Positions 6,560 to 10,401 of a DNA stretch of 10,401 nucleotides are shown in pieces (positions within the stretch are counted from its first letter, which is position 1; each line of letters starts with the position of its first letter). Origin of the DNA: Candidatus Heimdallarchaeota archaeon (GTDB lineage Archaea > Asgardarchaeota > Heimdallarchaeia > Heimdallarchaeales > Heimdallarchaeaceae); NCBI GenBank assembly GCA_021399395.1, contig JAAFKJ010000132.1:1-10401 (forward strand), given 5' to 3'. Below the pieces are notes generated by a model that saw only the letters and a program-made list of their open reading frames with translations, had not been told where the DNA came from and did not search any database. The position numbers and the translations under genes were made by a program.

Positions 6560-7558
6560 ATGGATGAAGAATACGTTAAGAACAATATGGACCCCTTCTT
6601 TACGGCAATTGAGAGAAAATATACAGGTCCAGTCTTTGACGCTCACACTCATCTTGGTAAAGTTGAAGATGTAGCAACTATGGCCAAGTATGAAAAAGAA
6701 TTCAATGTTAAGAAAATCTTTGGGATAGTTCGTGATAAAAAAAGCAGAGATGCCATTGAAGAAGCTTTTCCTGACCTTTTCGTTTATTCTATTTTCCTTT
6801 CCATTAGAGAAGCTTTACAAGACGATATCAAAGGGTCCATGGATTTCCTAGAAAAGGCTTACGCAGATGGATTCAAAATCGGTAAGCTTTGGTTCTCGCC
6901 AAGATGGGTCAATTACTTTAATAGAGATGACATGAAAGTTGAATTTCGTAGTCAGGATGTACATTTAAATGACCCCAAACTTGAACCTATATTTCAGAGA
7001 TTAGATGAGCTTAAGTTTACATTACTTCTACATGTTAGTGACCCTGATCTTCTATATTCGAAGAACTATCAACCTTCCAGTAAGTATGGTGTTAAAGAGA
7101 ATCACATTAATGCCCTTAAGAACATTCTAGAATGGTATCCTAATATCACAATTATTGGAGCTCATATGGCCAGTCAACCAGAAAACCTCAAACAGTTGGA
7201 TTCTTGGTTAGATAAATACCCCAACCTCTATGTGGACACAGGCTCAGCTAAATGGATGGTCAGGGAATTTGGTTCCAAAATCGATGAAACTCTGGAGTTC
7301 TTCAAGAAGCACCAAGATCGCATAATGTTTGGTACTGATTTTGTTGCTGGGCGAGGAGATAGAGAACCCATTCCAGGATATTACATTAACCGCTTTCTTA
7401 GTTTTCAAGCACTTTTCGAAACCAATGTAAGAGACTTACCATTTCCAATTCCTGACCCCGAGAATGATAACAAGACTAAAATCAATGGATTGGATTTACC
7501 TCAAAATATTCTGAAGAAGTTATATTGGGAGAATGCCAACAAGATATATAATCGATGA
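6560..7558 (+). CDS. Metal-dependent amidohydrolase superfamily protein (Amidohydro_2-like)
   Basis: 332 aa with the ordered motifs DAHTH, LLHVSDP, GAHMA, NLYVDTGS, RIMFGTD and the C-terminal KLYWENA. Substrate unknown. Confidence 0.9.
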   Translation: MDEEYVKNNMDPFFTAIERKYTGPVFDAHTHLGKVEDVATMAKYEKEFNVKKIFGIVRDKKSRDAIEEAFPDLFVYSIFLSIREALQDDIKGSMDFLEKAYADGFKIGKLWFSPRWVNYFNRDDMKVEFRSQDVHLNDPKLEPIFQRLDELKFTLLLHVSDPDLLYSKNYQPSSKYGVKENHINALKNILEWYPNITIIGAHMASQPENLKQLDSWLDKYPNLYVDTGSAKWMVREFGSKIDETLEFFKKHQDRIMFGTDFVAGRGDREPIPGYYINRFLSFQALFETNVRDLPFPIPDPENDNKTKINGLDLPQNILKKLYWENANKIYNR

Positions 7559-7629
7559 TAATTTCGCTACTTAAGCAAAGAATCTTTGGAGCTTAAAAAC
7601 TTAATAATCATTAGTATACTATGTGTCTT

Positions 7630-8073
7630 ATGCGTGCGGTCTTTCTTGCAGCTATTATACCAAAAACTGGACCTGAAGTTGTACTTTTACATCCAGAAGA
7701 TTTCCTTTCAAAGGATGAATTTGAAGAACTTTCTCTCAAGTGCATGCCTATGGGAAGCAAAGAAGGAGACTTCTCATCTGTTGTTTTCAATGGTTATCAA
7801 GTTGCAGGATTTCTTACCAGTACTCCACCTATTGATGAACAATTAGACCCTCGAGACACAATAGTATCAATTGGTTTTTTGCTAGATACCTATACCAATC
7901 CTATTCCTTACAGAAATTTACTAATGGATTTTGTAGCTAAGTGTGGGAAAGATGAATCATTCAATCTTTCAACATTAAAAGAGGTAATTCCAGAATTTCT
8001 TAGATTAAAAGATGAAAAGGATATTAGAATTAAAATGAAAGATGAATTGGTTTGTGAGCTTTCTTTGAAATAA
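7630..8073 (+). CDS. Small protein with probable longin/uDENN fold (NPRL2/DENND11-like)
   Basis: Pattern AVFLAAIIPKTGPEVVLLHPEDFLSKDEFE...KCMPMGS...DF...IVSIGFLL...Y matches the strand-GP-strand-P-helix start of uDENN/longin domains. The ORF track starts at 7621; 7630 fits a leaderless transcript from AAAAAC-TTAATAA (7595-7607). The CDS itself is well supported and the fold call moderately so. Confidence 0.65.
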   Translation: MRAVFLAAIIPKTGPEVVLLHPEDFLSKDEFEELSLKCMPMGSKEGDFSSVVFNGYQVAGFLTSTPPIDEQLDPRDTIVSIGFLLDTYTNPIPYRNLLMDFVAKCGKDESFNLSTLKEVIPEFLRLKDEKDIRIKMKDELVCELSLK

Positions 8074-9891
8074 CTATATTAACTCAGCAGCTTGTTCAAC
8101 ATATTCTAATGATTGATGTCTGAAATACATATCGTAAAGTTTCCAGTATTTTCCTTTCTTATCCATAAGCTGTTGATGATTACCTTCTTCAACGATATCA
8201 GCATCATCGATGACAATAATTCTATCTGAGTTTTCTACAGTTGTTAAACGATGGGCAATAATTATAGCTGTTCTGTCCTTGAGTAACACCTTAAGAGCTT
8301 CTTGAATAAGAGATTCTGTATAAGCATCTATTGCAGCTGTAGCTTCATCTAAAATCAGTATTTTAGGATCAGAAAGTAGTGCTCTTGCAAAGGCAACAAG
8401 TTGCTTCTGGCCAGCTGATAGTTTTGTCCCTTTTTCTCCCACTTCTGTGTCTAGTCCTTTTGGAAGGCTTTGTATGAATTCCCATGCATAGACTGCTTTA
8501 GCTGCTTTTACTACTTCTTCTCTTGTTGCTTTGAGTTGTCCATATCGGATATTTTCTTCAATAGACCCACTAAACAGGATGTTATCTTGTAACACTACGC
8601 CTATTTGATCGCGATAGTCTTGAAGCACATACTTACGAATGTCTGTTCCATCAACAATTATTGCTCCCTTTTCAACATCATAGAATCTAGCAAGTAAAGA
8701 CACTAACGTGCTCTTTCCTGCCCCCGTTCTTCCAACAATTGCTACAGTCTGTCCAGCTGGGATTGACAGTGTAAAATCTTTGTACAGAGGTTCAGAAGGA
8801 TTATAGTAAAATGTCATATCATTGAAATCGATTTTTCCTTGGAGTTCTGGAACTAAAACAGGGTTAAGATCCTCTACGACAGATGGTTCACTATCCATCA
8901 AACTGAAAATCCTTTCAACAGCTGCTAATCCAGCTTCAAATTGATTGAAGAATCTTGTTATTTCTAATAACGGCATAAAGAATCTATTAAGCATAAGAAC
9001 GAAGAAATAGAGAGTTGCAACACTGATATCTCCAACTGTAAATGCTATGTTTCCACCATAATAGAGAACTAAGAATGTACCTACGCCAAACAGAGTTTCA
9101 ATAATTGGGAAGAATATACTCATTCCCCAAGCTCTTACATAAGCAGCTCGGTAATTTCTCATATTGATCCCTTTGAATCTTTCGAATGCTTCTTTTTCCT
9201 GATTGAAGCTTTTTGTGACTTCAATTCCTGAGATTGATTCTGCCACATTAGCATTAACAATAGCTATGGTTTTTCTCCAGTTTTTTGAGGTTCGACGTGA
9301 GAATAAACGAATTCCTATACCTAGTCCAAATAGTACTGGAACTACTGCTAAAGTAATTAAAGCTAAACGAACATCAGTTACAAACAAGATTATTAGAACC
9401 GCTATCATAACTAAGATGTTAATTAAGAATGATGTAGTTATTTGAACCATTTGAGAGATTGTGTCAGAATCACTGGTTACTCTACTTACTAATTTTCCAC
9501 TCTTATTTTCATCATAAAATTTCATGTCATTTCTTAGAAGAGTTTCGAAGCTGTCTTTTCTTACCCTTCTGAGCATTTCTCCTGTTAAGATTGAAGTGTT
9601 ATATAATGCTCTATATTGTGCAAGCCAGAAGAAAGCATAAAGAACTATGATTGCAGCTGTTTCAACATAAAATACAACGTTGAATACACCATTTTGAACG
9701 CCTTCGATTACAAATTTTATGAAAAATGGAACACCTATTGTTGCAGCTGTTTGGAGAATCATCCACATTAGAACGGTTAAGAATGTTTTCACATCATGCT
9801 TTGCAATATACCCAAATAGACGTTTAAAGAGATAGATGTCACCGTACTTTCTATCATATTTGTCGTCTGGCAGTTCTTGTATGAATCCCAT
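8074..9891 (-). CDS. ABC exporter half-transporter (TMD-NBD), TM288-type subunit of a heterodimer
   Basis: 605 aa. N-terminal transmembrane domain, Walker A GRTGAGKS, Q-loop VLQD, signature LSAGQKQ, Walker B ILILDE, switch IAHR. RBS GGAGGGTGA lies within the end of the upstream gene. Confidence 0.95.
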   Translation of the reverse strand: MGFIQELPDDKYDRKYGDIYLFKRLFGYIAKHDVKTFLTVLMWMILQTAATIGVPFFIKFVIEGVQNGVFNVVFYVETAAIIVLYAFFWLAQYRALYNTSILTGEMLRRVRKDSFETLLRNDMKFYDENKSGKLVSRVTSDSDTISQMVQITTSFLINILVMIAVLIILFVTDVRLALITLAVVPVLFGLGIGIRLFSRRTSKNWRKTIAIVNANVAESISGIEVTKSFNQEKEAFERFKGINMRNYRAAYVRAWGMSIFFPIIETLFGVGTFLVLYYGGNIAFTVGDISVATLYFFVLMLNRFFMPLLEITRFFNQFEAGLAAVERIFSLMDSEPSVVEDLNPVLVPELQGKIDFNDMTFYYNPSEPLYKDFTLSIPAGQTVAIVGRTGAGKSTLVSLLARFYDVEKGAIIVDGTDIRKYVLQDYRDQIGVVLQDNILFSGSIEENIRYGQLKATREEVVKAAKAVYAWEFIQSLPKGLDTEVGEKGTKLSAGQKQLVAFARALLSDPKILILDEATAAIDAYTESLIQEALKVLLKDRTAIIIAHRLTTVENSDRIIVIDDADIVEEGNHQQLMDKKGKYWKLYDMYFRHQSLEYVEQAAELI

Positions 9892-10401
9892 CTAATCACC
9901 CTCCGGATATAGTTCTGTTAGCATCTGATCAGGCATCATTTTTCTTATTTCTGAAAATCGTGCAAATACTCTCCAATAATCAACAGATTCTTTGAGGAGT
10001 TCTTCATGTGAACCAATAGCCTTGATTTCACCTTGTTTAAGTACAATAATAATATCAGAATGTCTGATAGTTGAAAGTCTGTGTGTAATAATGAAACTAG
10101 TTCGATCTTTCAAAACTCTGTTAATAGCTGTATTAATTTTATCTTCAGTTTCTGAATCAACAGCTGAACTAGCATCGTCAAAGACCAATATTTTTGGATT
10201 AGCTAACAACATTCTAGCTATTGCAACTCGTTGTTTTTGCCCTCCACTTAAGGTAGTACCACGCTCACCTACTACAGTCTGATATCCTTTGTCAAATTTG
10301 ATTACAAACTCTTCAGCTTGAGCCATCCTTGCAGCTGCAAATACTTCTTCATCTGTAGCTTCAGGCTTACCATAGGATATGTTCTCTTGAATTGTTGCAG
10401 A
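9892..10401 (-). CDS. ABC exporter half-transporter, TM287-type subunit (only the C-terminal NBD part is in the window)
   Basis: The frame stays open beyond the ORF-track start at 10326 to the window edge (SATIQENISYGKPEATDEEVFAAARMAQA...). Signature LSGGQKQR, degenerate Walker B ILVFDD, D-loop SAVD, switch ITHR. Confidence 0.93.
   Translation of the reverse strand, partial: SATIQENISYGKPEATDEEVFAAARMAQAEEFVIKFDKGYQTVVGERGTTLSGGQKQRVAIARMLLANPKILVFDDASSAVDSETEDKINTAINRVLKDRTSFIITHRLSTIRHSDIIIVLKQGEIKAIGSHEELLKESVDYWRVFARFSEIRKMMPDQMLTELYPEGD

Noticed and set aside
7586-7846. 86-aa alternative-frame ORF
   Set aside because: TTG start, overlaps the better-supported longin-like gene, and shows no motifs.
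9203-9445. 80-aa plus-strand ORF
   Set aside because: Antisense shadow of the ABC transmembrane domain.
9992-10282. 96-aa plus-strand ORF
   Set aside because: Typical antisense shadow of an ABC nucleotide-binding domain.
1-10401. CRISPR array, tRNA/rRNA, IS element or defence system
   Set aside because: By eye, I found no regularly spaced repeats, cloverleaf, terminal inverted repeats, transposase, integrase or nuclease motifs.

Overview
AT-rich, gene-dense window that looks archaeal and most plausibly Asgard (Heimdallarchaeia-like). This is inferred from GGTGA-type ribosome-binding sites, BRE/TATA-like promoters, a PEF-CTERM surface protein and a longin/uDENN-like protein. Left half: a minus-strand operon with a 44-aa leader ORF (2505-2639, not in the ORF track), an opine dehydrogenase-family gene (1402-2508) and a cobalamin-binding protein (<1-1395, also not in the track). 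That protein looks like a single-chain GlmS-GlmE glutamate-mutase-like enzyme with altered motifs. A non-pyrrolysine MttB-family methyltransferase (3082-4530) is transcribed divergently. The leader ORF ends in an 11-bp hairpin that hides the downstream ribosome-binding site, and its stop overlaps the GTG start, which suggests ribosome-dependent translational control. Right half: a beta-helix (NosD/PbH1-type) surface glycoprotein with a PEF-CTERM signal, an amidohydrolase, a small NPRL2/DENND11-like longin protein and a heterodimeric ABC exporter pair (upstream subunit cut by the window edge). No rRNA, tRNA, CRISPR array or mobile element was recognised. All family assignments come from motif recognition and recalled reference sequences, not database searches.
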